NCBI GenBank assembly: GCA_951406725.2 | Contig: OX597840.1 | Location: forward strand, 36,332,001 to 36,396,000 | DNA from: Octopus vulgaris | Taxonomy: Eukaryota | Direction: 5' to 3' | DNA: 64,000 bases | Part shown: positions 1 to 12,695 of the stretch, one piece after another | Layout of the letters: each line of letters opens with the position of its first letter | Position numbering within the stretch: the stretch's first letter is position 1 | Made by a program: the position numbers and the translations under genes | The notes under the pieces: model-generated | The model's database searches: none | Seen by the model: only the letters and a program-made list of their open reading frames with translations | Told to the model about the DNA's origin: nothing

Positions 1-892
1 GTAACAGGTTTTGTTGAATTTCTGCTACTTTTAAATAAAGTATATATATATATATATTATATATATATACAAATTGAGATAGGGGTTGTAAATGCAACCC
101 TCTATGGGATAACGTATATCCAATATACTGCTAGTGAAGTACCCAACAAAGTTAATACATAAATGTTAATGATTGCGATGCAATCAATTCATTTACTGTA
201 TTATATGGGCGAAGGTAATGTATGTATATATATGAAACGCAGAGTAGATGAAACCATGGCGACTGAAGAAGGGGAATTTTCCTTTGTGTTATTTGTCCTG
301 TACTCTATCTTTTCGTTGTTTAAGAAAAATGTCCAGTTCCTTGGTTTTATATTTATGTTTTCGTTTCTCATTTTGTTCGACGTTTTTTTGGTGTCCTGTA
401 CCCATATATGCATGTATATATACTTGTAGAGGTAGGTTTGTACATATATGTATGTATATATGCATGTTTTATTTATTAATTTTATATATATATATATATA
501 CGCTTATGAATTTGTGTTGCATGATTCCTGATGTGAAGTTTTGCGTTGAAACAGATATTGTTGTATTTCGGGATCGTCATTTTTCTTCACTCATTTATAA
601 CTGTTCTTATTCTAACTCATGTCCATTGCCCATAAATCTTTCATCACCAGTCTGTGACCTCCTCAGCGACACTTTCTGTCTTCGTGTGTGCTCTTACTCT
701 GCCTATTCCATTCACAAAGACAGAGTGTAGCCGTGGTGGTCACAGGTGTGTGATACAAAATTTGCAGACAAAATAGACATTCATCAGAATAAGAACAGTA
801 ATAAACGAGGGAAGAACGAATATATAGAAGATGTTTATCTGAGATAAAACAAATGACCATCCCAAAATACAACACACAAACATATATATATA

Positions 893-1559
893 GGGTCATC
901 CCATAAATAATGCAGTTTTTTCAATTGCCTGAACTAAAAGTCGGAGGTAGATATGATTAACAATCTGCATCAACTTGCTTTAAAACCCGGTAGTAATTTT
1001 AATTTTTCCTTATTCATAGTGCAAGTTTTAAAGAGTGCAGTTCGATTTCAAGTTAATTTTTCTCAGTGAGAAAGGTGCATATTCGGCATACTTTGCTTTA
1101 TAAGTTCAATAAAGGCAACAACGGAAATTGCGAGGAATATTAAAGCAGTATATGAGGATCGGTCAGTAAACGTAAGCGAGAACCAGAAATTCCGAGCCTG
1201 AAACTACAGCCAAGAAGACAACCCTTGTCCTAAAAGATCTGCAGAGCTCGACAAGGACGTCCTGCAAACCCTGGTGGAACGAAATCCCATCGTAACTGTT
1301 GAAGAACTTGTAGAGAGGCTTGGATTTGGTCATTCAACTATTCATTGACACCTGCGTGCCATTGGAAAAGTTAGCAAATTGGGTCAATGGGTTCCTCACA
1401 AACTTTCCGACTGAATGTTTGCTCTTCTTTGCTGTCGCGTCTCACAAAGGAACCTTTTGGGGGACCAAACGGAGACTGGCGACGAGAAATGGGTTCTCTA
1501 AACGAAAGAATACCGAACTTTGTTTATAAAATAACCCCGCATTATTTATGGGATGACCC
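893..1559 (+). mobile_element. Internally deleted mariner transposon
   Basis: 21-bp TIRs GGGTCATCCCATAAATAATGC (893-913 / 1539-1559), TA context, decayed transposase with WVPHKL motif near 1388. Confidence 0.85.
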
Positions 1560-2351
1560 TTTATATATATATACACACAGACACACGACGGGCTTCTCCT
1601 GTTTCCAGGTACCAAATCCACTCAAAAGGCTTTAGTCGGCTCCAGATTATAGAAGACACCTGTCCAGGGTGTCACGCAGTGGGAGCACTCGTCAGGTACG
1701 GAAATCAACAGACATCGCTTAATGTGTTCAACGTTTTATGAATCTGGGGCAGAAGTCATTTTCACTCATTGAAAAACATAAAATAAGATTTTGACGGAGA
1801 TCAGAATCGTGAAGGGTCCAACTGGAGACGACGAAAATGCTGGGTTTTCAGGGATTTCAACAATATATATTTAAAACAATTTGCCTCGTCTTTTTTAGGG
1901 GCGTAGTGCAAAAAAAGAAATTGAAAAAGTTCGTCCCGGATGCCCCACGGTGGGATTAAAGAAAGTTATAAATTTTCAAGCGATTCTGAGAGAAAAAAGA
2001 AATTTGAAAAATCCTGTCAAAACAGATAAAATCCAACTCAACTTGGAGACACATTCCAGGCCTTCCGCATACTTTAGGAACATGATCACTCCCACAATGT
2101 GTGTGTATATATATGTATATATATATATACACACACGCAATCACCCAAATGATACACATTCGCATAATACAGAAGATCAGTCTAGTCTAGCAAGTAAATA
2201 TACATATATTATAAAACAGAAGATAAATGTCATTACTTTACCATGAATCTATGCTTCGAACCAAGCAAAGAAATTTATCGATGAACTCGATTATAATAAA
2301 AGGAAGGAAAAGCTTCGCTGAGCGATTTCAATGGTTGTCAGCAAGTCAACA

Positions 2352-2370
2352 TGTTTGCGCATGCGCATGA
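2352..2370. promoter_or_regulatory. NRF-1/Ewg-type palindromic site TGCGCATGCGCA (candidate promoter)
   Basis: Exact consensus at 2356-2367 within TGTTTGCGCATGCGCATGA, repeated at 11951-11969. Confidence 0.55.
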
Positions 2371-2614
2371 GGAAATAGCAGCAACAGTTTTTTTTTATGA
2401 CTGAAATGATTTTTGGAGACAGAAATTTTGAGAGGAAGAAATAAAGTTGGGTCGTCAGAAGGAAAAGATCCAGACGGGATTGGACGGGATACGGTTATTC
2501 CATCCAGATACTTTTACGATCAATAAACACATGTATATATTAAAATGATTCAAATAATAAAATTTAAATCAAGACATTCTATACATATATATATTTAGAT
2601 AAAAAGAAAAAACT

Positions 2615-3345
2615 GGGTGCTATTTAAGAAGAGTGGTCCCGGTGCGCGCACTCGCGTACTCACGCATCCGCACTGGTTTGTCGTGACTAGTCGATCCTAC
2701 AACGACCACCTATCCTATAACAAATGTTCATATAAAACCGGTTGAAAGTTATTAGAATAACGTAAAACGACGTTTTCAGAGTATGATTGGGGTAACAAAA
2801 ACAGGTAGGGTGTTATTTATAGTTAATTTCTTTAGAAAAAGAAAATTATTTACGTTGTTTAGAAAAAAAATATTTATTTTGTTTTTAAAAAACCCTATTT
2901 GTTAAAAAAACCCCATCTAAGTTATGATGGGGTACCAAACGTTTATCTAATAACTTCCAACCGAATCTGTATGAACATTTGTTATAGGATAAGTAGTCCT
3001 TTTTGGATCGACTAATCGCGAGTGCGCGCACCGGACCACTTTTCTTAAATAGTACCAAAAAACTGCGAATGTCAGTGTGTCACACATTTTCAACTTTATT
3101 CCTAGACGCTGTAGCCCAACAGGCCGACTCCGAGAGTAAATTAAAAACATTCCGGGCCGAATCAGGACCCGCAATCCTGAAATTTTGATTTCAAGAGTTT
3201 TCATTACTGCGTTTTTTTTTTTCCGTGATTTTTGCGACGAATTTTTGGTAAAGAAGAGTGGACCCGACGCGTGCACCCGCACTAATCAGTGGACCCGACG
3301 CGCGCACCCGCACAAACACGCACGCGTCACTGGCACTCGCGATTT
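2615..3345. repeat. Foldback element with inverted arms (about 2615-2765 / 2938-3056) and short GC-rich subrepeats
   Basis: ATCCTATAACAAATGTTCATA / TATGAACATTTGTTATAGGAT; GAGTGGTCCCGGTGCGCGCAC recurs near 3255. Confidence 0.75.
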
Positions 3346-6300
3346 AAAAAAAACCTCCACATGTATAAATATGTGTAAATTGTAAATCGGGGTGGCGGGA
3401 TTTTCTGTATCCCTTCATACTGTTGAATCTGCGTTTTGCATTTTTCCAGCAACATTCAAATGAGTTTCTTTGGAGGGAAAAATATGAGAAAATTGGGGAT
3501 GAATGTTTTCAGAATATTGTAAAACATCTTTCAGAATGGTTCGCTTTTCATTTATGACTACTTTTGAGTAAAATTTTATTGCAAAATTTGTTTTATTTTC
3601 ACTTTTCGGATGGAGTCTTACTCATTCGCAAAATCAGCCCTCCCCAGTTTTGCTTCGATTGCTTTCATTTTTGGTGTATCGATACAACCCTGAATTTTGA
3701 TTATGGTCAACCAATTACTTTATCTCGTAAATAAAAGAATCTGTTATTTGGAATTGTAGTTAACAGACAGCGTGGCATTAGCAGCTTGTTACCATGACAA
3801 CAGGATGCTGTGTTGTGGTTCGCTTCACGGTTGCCTGCGAAGCACGTTCTTCGATCTTGGTTTTTTACAATTGATTCTTCACAACACAAATTTGAGAGGA
3901 AAATGGGTGAGGGACGGGCGGAAGTCTTTCCCTGGAGTCGAAGTTACTGACCTTGTGCCAAAATTTGAAATCAATACTTAAATTAAAGTCAATATCTGTA
4001 TGTAATATGTTATCAAATTCACAACACTGGAAACAGTAAGCGCAACAGATAAATATTGGTTTTAAATTTTGGCACAATGTCAGCAATTTCGGAGGAGGGG
4101 GTAAGTTGATTATATCGACCCTAGTCCACAACTGGTACTTATTTTATTGACCCCGAAAGCATAACAGGCAAAGTCGACCTCAGCGGAATTTGAACACGGA
4201 ACGTGAAAACGAACGAAATACCGCCAAGCATTTTGCCTGACGTGATAACAATTCTGCCTGTTCGCCGCCTTTTTTGCATCTGTTTCATATTATTAACCTG
4301 TTGAATCGTTGGCACGCTGGGTCAAATGCTTAGCTACCTTTTGTTTGTTGTTATCGCCTGAAATCAAAATCTACCGAGGTCGACTTTGCCTTTCATGCTC
4401 CTGGAGTTCGATGAAATAAGTACCAGTTGAGATTGTATTCAACTATATTCCCACCCCGAAACTGCTAGCCTTATATCAAAACGTGAAACGAATATTAAAA
4501 ATTCTTTGTCTTTTTTTGTTCTGATGCTTCTTAAGGAAAAAGAATTAGTTATCGCCGCCTTCTGTGATCTAGATCTCGTAGGCGAAGGTAACGAATACGT
4601 ACACCTGGTGTTTAGGGGTTTTTGTTATACCGATAACGGGTGTTGTGCGTATTCTTTACCTCCCCCATATCGTGTGCGCCAAAAGCTGTCATATGAATAT
4701 AATGAACAGGGGCGGACCCGAGGGGCACATGTCCCCTTCAAGGAAAAGAGCGCGTACATTTCTCCTGGAAGTGTATTCCCGTCTGATCTTGTGCCCTCCC
4801 TTTGAAAAATTCCTGGAATCGCACCTGTTGAATTTATGGAATTTCATCAACTTCAGTTTCTATCACAATTTATTTATACTTTTACCGTAACACTAAACTT
4901 CAAGTTAGTAAACAACACATACTTGCATTATAATTTGAAGAAAGCAAGTCGATGGGGCACATAAGTGTAGTTATACGTCGGTTTTCATACCTGTATTTGT
5001 ATAACTTGCTGTTATTTCATTGTACGCATGATATTGTTATTTTCTATCGGGTTTGTTTGGGAGAAATTTCTTTTTTATTATGATCAAGTTCGTCGATAAA
5101 CTCCCTATTTTGTATTCACGGTAAAGGAATCATATTTACCTACTGTTTCTTAATATATATTTTTTCTTCCTATATTATGTGATTGTGTTTCGTTGGGGCG
5201 ATTGTATATCTTATCGGCTAAATTGTGTATTATGTCTATGTGAGCATATGTGGTAATCTTAGGAGTGGCTGTGTGGTAAGTAGCTTGCTTACAAACCACA
5301 TGGTTCCGGGTTCAGTCCCACTGCGTGGCACCTTGGGCAAGTGTCTTCTACTATAGCCTGTGTTTTTTTTTCTCAGTGGAGTCCAACTCAGCAAAAATTA
5401 TTTTAAAAAATATATCAGTCAGATCATTCTAATTTTTTTTTTTTTTTTTGCATTTTATACTTACAATTTTTTCTAAGATAAAACAGTAGTACACAAATTT
5501 TGGGTTTTTTTTTTTGCTTCCTTGATTTTTTTATAGTGTCTTATGTCTCATTGCAATAAAAAGTAAAATATACAAGTTAAAGTAAATTTTGATCAGTTTT
5601 TTAATCTAAAAAAGTGATAATCCTTTTCTCTTTTGAAGCTTCTTGTTTCAAAAGGTTGCGAAAGTAGAGAGGAAGCCGAGTCAATTGACACTTTTGCCAT
5701 TTTGTGGGTAAATGAAAACTTGAAAAATGTTACCAAGTTTTAATTTTGTCTTTGATGAATCAACAAAAATCTAGCAATGAATTTAATAACAAAATTATAT
5801 TCTAATTTACTTGTTTATGTGAATTTCTTAAAAATTATTTTAAAGCAATGGAATTAATAAATGGATAAAAATGTTACCTTTTAACCACACAAAATCAAAT
5901 TCACTGCTAAAGAATTCTGAATAGTGGTCACATGATTAAATTCCATGAGGTAATAGTGACTTTTGACCTCTGAATAGGCAGTTAAGAAATTAAGCAGGAT
6001 AAAGAATTGCTTTACTACTCCCTGTTTTGACCTTTTTTTTTTTTTCTCTTTTCACTCCCTAGAAAACAGCAGGTGAGTTGTCTATCTTTTGAATTCCCCA
6101 AAGGCATGCAAGTATATTTGCTTTCTTTAGTGGTCCTACAATGCCAATCCTTTTATTAATAGCTGCTGATCAATTCAATTCATTCTAATTACAGAAGTGT
6201 TCTCTTGGACAGTCAGAAGCAAATCTTTTTCTGTATTTTGTGTCTGTTTAGAGATCAAAAACCATAATTCATTCATGCAACCACAACCCAGAGGGAAACA

Positions 6301-7188
6301 GAAAAATAAATTCATAGGAAAGTTAAGATAATAAATAATTAACTTTACATGAAACCAAAATTTATTTATTTTAGAAAAGGAAGGCATGCAATGCATCCGT
6401 TGCATACATAGATGCCTCGTGTCTGTAGTGCTGACCACTTCCCAGCACCCACACCACACTCAATCTTCAATAGTATCACCACACATGAGTAGTCGCATGT
6501 TACAGATGCACACATTTACACACCAAGACTTGTTAAAAACTTGACAAAGTCACTGCCCCCTCCCCATTCACACACACACACACACGCTTTTCAGTTAGGG
6601 GGTCACCTTCAACGTATTATCAGCCTTTTTTCCAACCTCCTTTTCTAATCAGTTGCCATGCTTGATTGCTAAATCTACAGATTTTTCTAATTCTCTCTTA
6701 TTCCTTTCGGTTGAAAGGCTCAAAACATAGTCCTTTTCATTTTTCATATTCCCAAATGTCAAACTTAATACACCTGCTTGTTGTTCAAACACCTGTCTTC
6801 GTTTTTTGGTTTTTCTATAAATTTCATCTATATATACATATATATATATATTTGTAATATTCTAGGTTTCATAGAATGAGTTTTGACATTGATAAGGTTA
6901 TTCTTCTCTTTTGCAATTAATAAACATTTTTTTTTTAATAGAGTGATTTACAATTGATACCATATGAGTTTCTCTACATGTGTGTAGTGGAGTGACTATC
7001 TCTTGAGTATGATTTACCACAAGTATCACAGTGTCATGCTTTCTCTTCATGTTTGGTGAAGATATCTCCATCAGAGAAGGATTAATCAAAGACATCAGAG
7101 TGATACAGCCTTTCCCCAAGAGAGTGATTTACAACAGTTGATCCAGGATGAATGTTTTGTTGAAGTATTTCAGTGGGAAAAGGATTTC

Positions 7189-8799
7189 CTACAAACACAG
7201 TGGTTCTCCAGTGTGTCTAAGTCTGTGGTTTTTTAACAAACAATTTTCAAAGAATGATTCATGGCAGATATCACATTGATATGGTTTCTCACCTGTATGA
7301 TAAAGCTTGTGTTTTTTTAAGAAACGATTTTCTGAGAATGATTTACCACAGATATTACAGTGGTATGGATGTTCTCCTGTGTGATTAAGCTTGTGTTTTT
7401 TTAAGAACCGATTTTCTGAGAACGATTTACCACAAATGTCACAGTGAAAAGGTTTCTCGCCTGTATGAGTACGTTTATGAACTTTCAAGTTACTACTTAC
7501 AGTGAATGTTTTACCACAAATATCACAATTATATGGTGAATCTCCTGTATGAATGTACATATGTCTATTTAAGTTACTAGCAATGGAAAACGATTTACCA
7601 CAGATATCACAGCGATGTGGCTTCTCTCCTGTGTGAATACGTTTGTGTTGAATTATGTTACTTTCAATAGTAGATGAATAACCACAAATATCGCACTGAT
7701 ATGGTTTCTCTCCTGTGTGAATGCGCGAGTGTTTTTTCAAGGAACTTCTTACAGAGAATGATTTACCACAGACATCACAGCGATATGGTTTCTCTCCTGT
7801 ATGACTGCGTATGTGATTGGTTAAAGCTCTACTTTGAGAGAACGACTTACCGCAGATATCACATTGATGTGGCTTCCCTTTAGCATGGATCTGTTTGTGA
7901 TCACTGAAGACACTTTTATCAGAGAATGACTGACCGCAAATGTTACAGTGAAATGGTTTTTCTCCAGTATGGATCAGTTTATGTTTGGTAAAGGAACCCC
8001 TGAAGAAGAAAGATTTCCCACACATATCACAGTGATAAGGTTTCCCTCCTGTATGAACATAAGCATGCGCATTCAAGGCACTTCTTTCAGAAAAGCCATC
8101 ACCGCAAACATGACAGTGATAAGGTTTCTCTCCTGTATGAACATATCCATGAGCAACTAAAGCACATTTTTGAGAAAATCCATCACCACAAATATCACAG
8201 TAATATGGTTTCTTTCCTGTATGAATATACTTATGAGCAGCTAAGAGGTTATTTTGGCAGAATGATTCACCACAAATGTCACAGTGATATGGTTTTTCAC
8301 CAGTATGGGTTCGTACATGTTGTGCTAAAGTATATGCTTGAGAGAATAATTTATTACAGACATCACATTTATAGGGTTTTTCTCCTGTGTGACTAGTTAT
8401 ATGTCTAGTTAAGTGAATAATCTGAGAGAATGATATACCACAGATATCACAGCGATACGGTTTCTCCCCTGTATGAATACGTTTGTGTTTAGTTAAAGTA
8501 CTCCCATCGGAGAATGAATTACCACAGATATCACAATGATGTGGTTTTGCTCCAGTATGAACATAGTTGTGTCTAGCTAAATGATGTTTATGAGAAAATG
8601 ATTTACCACAGATGTCACAACTATATGGTTTCTTTTCTCCCGTGTGGCTATATTTGTGTGAAGCTAAACTATCTGCACGCGAGAATGATTTACCACATAT
8701 GTTGCAGTAATGGCATCGGTGTTTGGTGAGTGTAACGGCCTTAGAAAAGGACTTTTTACAGATATTGCAGGTGTATAATTTTTGCATTGTTTTTGCCAT
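7189..8799 (-). CDS. Tandem C2H2 zinc-finger protein (536 aa, 19 finger units; first finger truncated and fused to the second), single coding exon, no recognisable effector domain
   Basis: Repeated CxxC-x12-HxxxH with TGEKPY-type linkers throughout the ORF; intact frame from ATG to stop. Confidence 0.95.
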   Translation of the reverse strand: MAKTMQKLYTCNICKKSFSKAVTLTKHRCHYCNICGKSFSRADSLASHKYSHTGEKKPYSCDICGKSFSHKHHLARHNYVHTGAKPHHCDICGNSFSDGSTLTKHKRIHTGEKPYRCDICGISFSQIIHLTRHITSHTGEKPYKCDVCNKLFSQAYTLAQHVRTHTGEKPYHCDICGESFCQNNLLAAHKYIHTGKKPYYCDICGDGFSQKCALVAHGYVHTGEKPYHCHVCGDGFSERSALNAHAYVHTGGKPYHCDMCGKSFFFRGSFTKHKLIHTGEKPFHCNICGQSFSDKSVFSDHKQIHAKGKPHQCDICGKSFSQSRALTNHIRSHTGEKPYRCDVCGKSFSVRSSLKKHSRIHTGEKPYQCDICGYSSTIESNIIQHKRIHTGEKPHRCDICGKSFSIASNLNRHMYIHTGDSPYNCDICGKTFTVSSNLKVHKRTHTGEKPFHCDICGKSFSENRFLKKHKLNHTGEHPYHCNICGKSFSENRFLKKHKLYHTGEKPYQCDICHESFFENCLLKNHRLRHTGEPLCL

Positions 8800-8823
8800 G
8801 TTTTTACAAAAACACTCATTCTT

Positions 8824-9016
8824 TTAACCCATTAATATTCAGATTACTTTGTCAAATGCAATGCTCATTTATTCAATTTTGAATTAATCATGCATTATAT
8901 TGTAGCTTCAAAATTTCAATGACGTGTGTGTTTATTTTTGGGTGATAGAGGCTGAATCTAAAACAGGTAGACTATTTGGGGCCAGATATGGCTGGTTTAA
9001 ACCACCTAAAGGGTTA
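8824..9016. mobile_element. piggyBac-like MITE inside the left ZNF 5' leader
   Basis: Ends TTAACCCATTA ... TAAAGGGTTA; absent from the paralogous leader of the right ZNF gene. Confidence 0.6.
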
Positions 9017-9334
9017 CGTGTCTCAAATATTGTTTCGATATTTTCTCCCTCACCATAATAAATTAGCAGTTTTCTTATTTCTGTTTTTATAGTTCGTTGG
9101 TAACAAATATTTCTTTTGCTATATTGCCATCATTTGTGATCTGTCAATATCCAAAGATGGTGCAAATTGCTTTGTAAATTTATCCCAAGTTTATTTGGAA
9201 AAGAGAAATTTTCTAGGAATCACAGGACTAAAGAAACAGTTTACCATCCGTTTACAAAAAAATGGGTTTTATGTTTCTTCTGCACAACATTTTCCTTTAG
9301 TCTTGAGAAGATGGTAATGGTGATGCTTCTGAAG

Positions 9335-9375
9335 TTAACGATTCTCTTCTGTCAATGTCATCTGATGTTCTGAAA
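9335..9375 (-). promoter_or_regulatory. Splice acceptor (AG 9371-9370) of the left ZNF exon plus uORF MTLTEENR* (9361-9335)
   Basis: Minus strand reads tttcag|AACATCAGATGACATTGACAGAAGAGAATCGTTAA; first 35 nt identical to the right ZNF gene. Confidence 0.75.
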
Positions 9376-11950
9376 CAATAAACAAACAAAATAACATATA
9401 TGAGGTGCATTCCAGAAGTTTTGAGATTTTTTAAAAGGAGATGCGGTTACAACTCACTTAGATTATTGTAATTTTAGTATCTCATTACTATCAGTGGTGG
9501 GCATGGTTTGTTTATTGGATTGGCACTTTCACTAACTTTGGAAACCATTAGCAGACCAATTAGACGTTTGTTCCGGTCTGTTGTGGGCATGTCTCGAAGA
9601 GTCCATCAGGCACACTATTGGCTGACTACGTGTACACATGATAAAACATGATTGGTCAATGCAGCAGTGTGCAATTCTGCAGTTTTGAGTTGTGTTCACT
9701 TACGATGTTGTCGCATTACAGACAGTCGTACAGTGTCACTGACAGTGGTGTGTATTATCAAGTTATCATTATGGAAGGTGAAGACATTTTTGATCAAGCT
9801 GAGGATGAAGGTCCAGTTTAGGAGTCTGCAACAGCTGTGGGTGAGGCAGAGGTCACTCAGGTATAGAGCCAGGGGTTGTGTAACATTTAAGACTTCAGCA
9901 ACAGCATGATATCATAGTTGTGTTGGCCGTTTTTTGTTTATAAATGTCTTGCATTTTTTTCATTGGTCAATTTTACTGTCCATACATCGATTCTAATCTT
10001 TGTGATAAGTTTCTTTTCCATGAAGAAAGTTTCTTAGAATCAGGTTTATAAGAACCCTGATTTTTGTGAAATTATTCAGTGATCTTTGATTTGCCATACA
10101 GGACCTTGGCTTTGGTCAGCCCGAGGCTATTGTAGAAGACACTTGCCCAAGGTGCCATGCAGTGAGTCTAAACCCGGAATCATGTGATTAGAAGGTAAGC
10201 TTCTTACCACACAGCCACACGTGCACCCCGTAGGAGAAATTATGATAAACATGTTTATATCATTTAACCCGTACCCCGTCCAACCCATGCTAGTGCAGAA
10301 AACGGACGTTAAACGATGATAATGATGATGTACGTTTCACCGTTGTAGTTGTTTGGAACCCCAGCACTGGACGTTTGAAATGCCATTGGGCAGAAGTCTG
10401 CTTTAAGTGCACAAAATAACCCTTCATAACTTTTTCATTTTGAGGAATTTTCAGAAACGTTTTGCGAAGTTTGATTATGTAAATATGATTATGCAAAACA
10501 AAAGGAAAAAAAAAAAGATTTTTTGTGTGATTTAAGGGGGTATTTAGCTGTTATTTTTAGCCCATCTCACGACAACCAAAATACTCACCTCCTTCGTTTG
10601 TCACTCTGACGTATCGATGTTTTTCAATATCTTTCTCGTCATAAATATATTGAATAGTCTATTGATGGGATTTAATAAAAAAAATAAAATTACGACTGTC
10701 CATATTTGAAATTGAATTAATTTTTTTTTTCATAGTCAAATGAATTCCCGTTTGTAGAATACAAATTCGCAAACATTTTCTGAAAATCCCCCAAAATAAA
10801 GAGTTATGAAGTGGGTATCTGGCGTGCTTAAAGAGAATTCCTCCACACATCTTACTGTTTGTCGAAGATGACCAGTTTGCAGAATGCATTTAGGACACGA
10901 AGATAATATGGAAGTTTGCTATGCAACAGAGGTTTGTGTTAAAAATTATGATAGAAGAACAAATGTGGGAGGGAAAATGACGATAAACAAGTTTATGGCA
11001 TTTGTTGAGCATTGTTGTTGCTTGAAATCTGCTCTGGATGTTCCGAGTGGAATTTGGAGGCTGAACCAGACCATCAATGGTTTTATTCTTTATTGCATTA
11101 AGTGATGCAGTGAAAAAGTATTTCCTGGTTTGTTGTGAATCACTCGAAACATCCAGGATTGTGGTTCCAAACAAACACAACAGTGAAACATACACAGGAA
11201 GATTAATGACATATACTTAGGTTTATCGTGATTTCTTATATACAAATGTGTGTGTCTGTGATTGCCCAGTGGTTAGGGTGCTGCACTCACGATCGCTGGA
11301 CCGTGGGTTCAATCCCCGGATGCGTTGTGTTCTTCGTTTCTTGGTTCTCTGCCATCAATTCGAGACCAGATGTTTGGTAAGACTAAACAACTGTTCGGGT
11401 ATGGTCGATCTGATGGGGTGAGTGAGCTAATTAATGAACAGCACATACATTTGATCATTCCCCCAAAAAATCATTTGTGCAAAAACTGAACAATACACAC
11501 ATACATACATGCATATATATATATATGACGATCTTTGGTTTATATATATATAAACCAAAGATCGTCAATTTTCTGCTGCAAAATCGTAAGGTAGACCATC
11601 TAAAATGGTATCTCTAGAGAATTTAATTAATAAAGCATGTATTTTAAAGTTATGGGGGGAAAACAAAGTGTAATTACGGTTCTGTATTCTCCTCTGAGTG
11701 AATGGAGAAAGGGTCGTCGTGAAAGGAGTGCAACAAAGGGAGAGGTCGTCGTCGCTTTGCCAGGTGAGCAGAAGCATTATCAGGAACGATGCAGGAGATA
11801 AATATAATATAGGAAATAAATATTATGAAACCGTGGATAAGCATGATTACTTTACCATGACGTACAAAGTGGACGATTTCTGCGATGAACGGGATTAGGA
11901 TTAAAGAATTTTTCTTAAAATAATCTTCGGAGCATCAAAGAACCCATGTC

Positions 11951-11969
11951 TGTTTGCGCATGCGCATGA
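11951..11969. promoter_or_regulatory. NRF-1/Ewg-type site between the divergent ZNF genes (candidate promoter)
   Basis: TGCGCATGCGCA at 11955-11966, FOX-like GTAAACA nearby, local CpG enrichment 11700-11970. Confidence 0.55.
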
Positions 11970-12379
11970 CGAAATGTTTTCTATTGACAAATAAGTAAAC
12001 ATAGAGATACAACTACAGTTTAGGGCCCCATCAATTTTATTTCTTCCTAATTTGAATATCTTTTTTTTTTTACTTGTCTTAGTCATTAGACTGCGACCAT
12101 GCTGGAACACACTGTCTTGAAGGGTTTTAATCGAATAAATCGACCCCAGTACTTAAAAAAAATTCTTTTTAAAGTCTGGTGCTTATTATATTAGTCTTTT
12201 ATTGCTGAAACGCTAAGTAACAAAGACGTAAACAAACCAGCACCAGGTATCAAGCAGTGTTAGAGGACAAAAACATAAACGCAGGTGTGGCTCTATGGTA
12301 AGCAACTTGCCTACTGTGGTCTTGAGCCATGTGAGTCTATTCGGTAGACGGAAACTGAAAGACTGTCGTGTGTGTATAT

Positions 12380-12695
12380 AAAGGTAAGGTAAAGACCCCC
12401 TTCGGTCATGAATGACCATGGGATTGCACCTAGAAAGTTACCCTCCTAGACACAAGTCCGGGCAAGGTTGTTTATGGAAGGCCAGCAGTCGCCCATGCAT
12501 ACCAGCCTCCCCTCTCCACGCCACCAGTGTTATCCAAGGGAAAGACAAAGGTCGATACAGCTTGGAACCTGTGACGTCGCAACTCATTTCTACAGCTGAG
12601 TGAACTGGAGCAACGTGAAATAAAGTGCCTTGCTCAAGAACACAACACGCAGCCCGGTCCGGGATTCGAGCTCACAACCTCACGATCGTAAGCTC
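12380..12695 (-). mobile_element. tRNA-derived SINE family C (related head on the plus strand near 11260-11335)
   Basis: Minus strand CGATCGTGAGGTTGTGAGCTCGAATCCCGGACCGGG...TTGAGCAAGGCACTTT; (TACCT)-like tail. Confidence 0.7.

Noticed and set aside
163-899. Short ORFs at the window start, and most other 60-130 aa ORFs in the track
   Set aside because: Low-complexity, microsatellite- or repeat-derived, without domains or splice support
5260-5340. tRNA-like A/B boxes as tRNA genes (also 11260, 12690, 32660)
   Set aside because: They continue into SINE bodies and lack a full cloverleaf
7674-8396. ORFs antisense to or overlapping the ZNF genes (also 17235-17423, 17676-18326)
   Set aside because: Shadow frames of the periodic zinc-finger coding sequence
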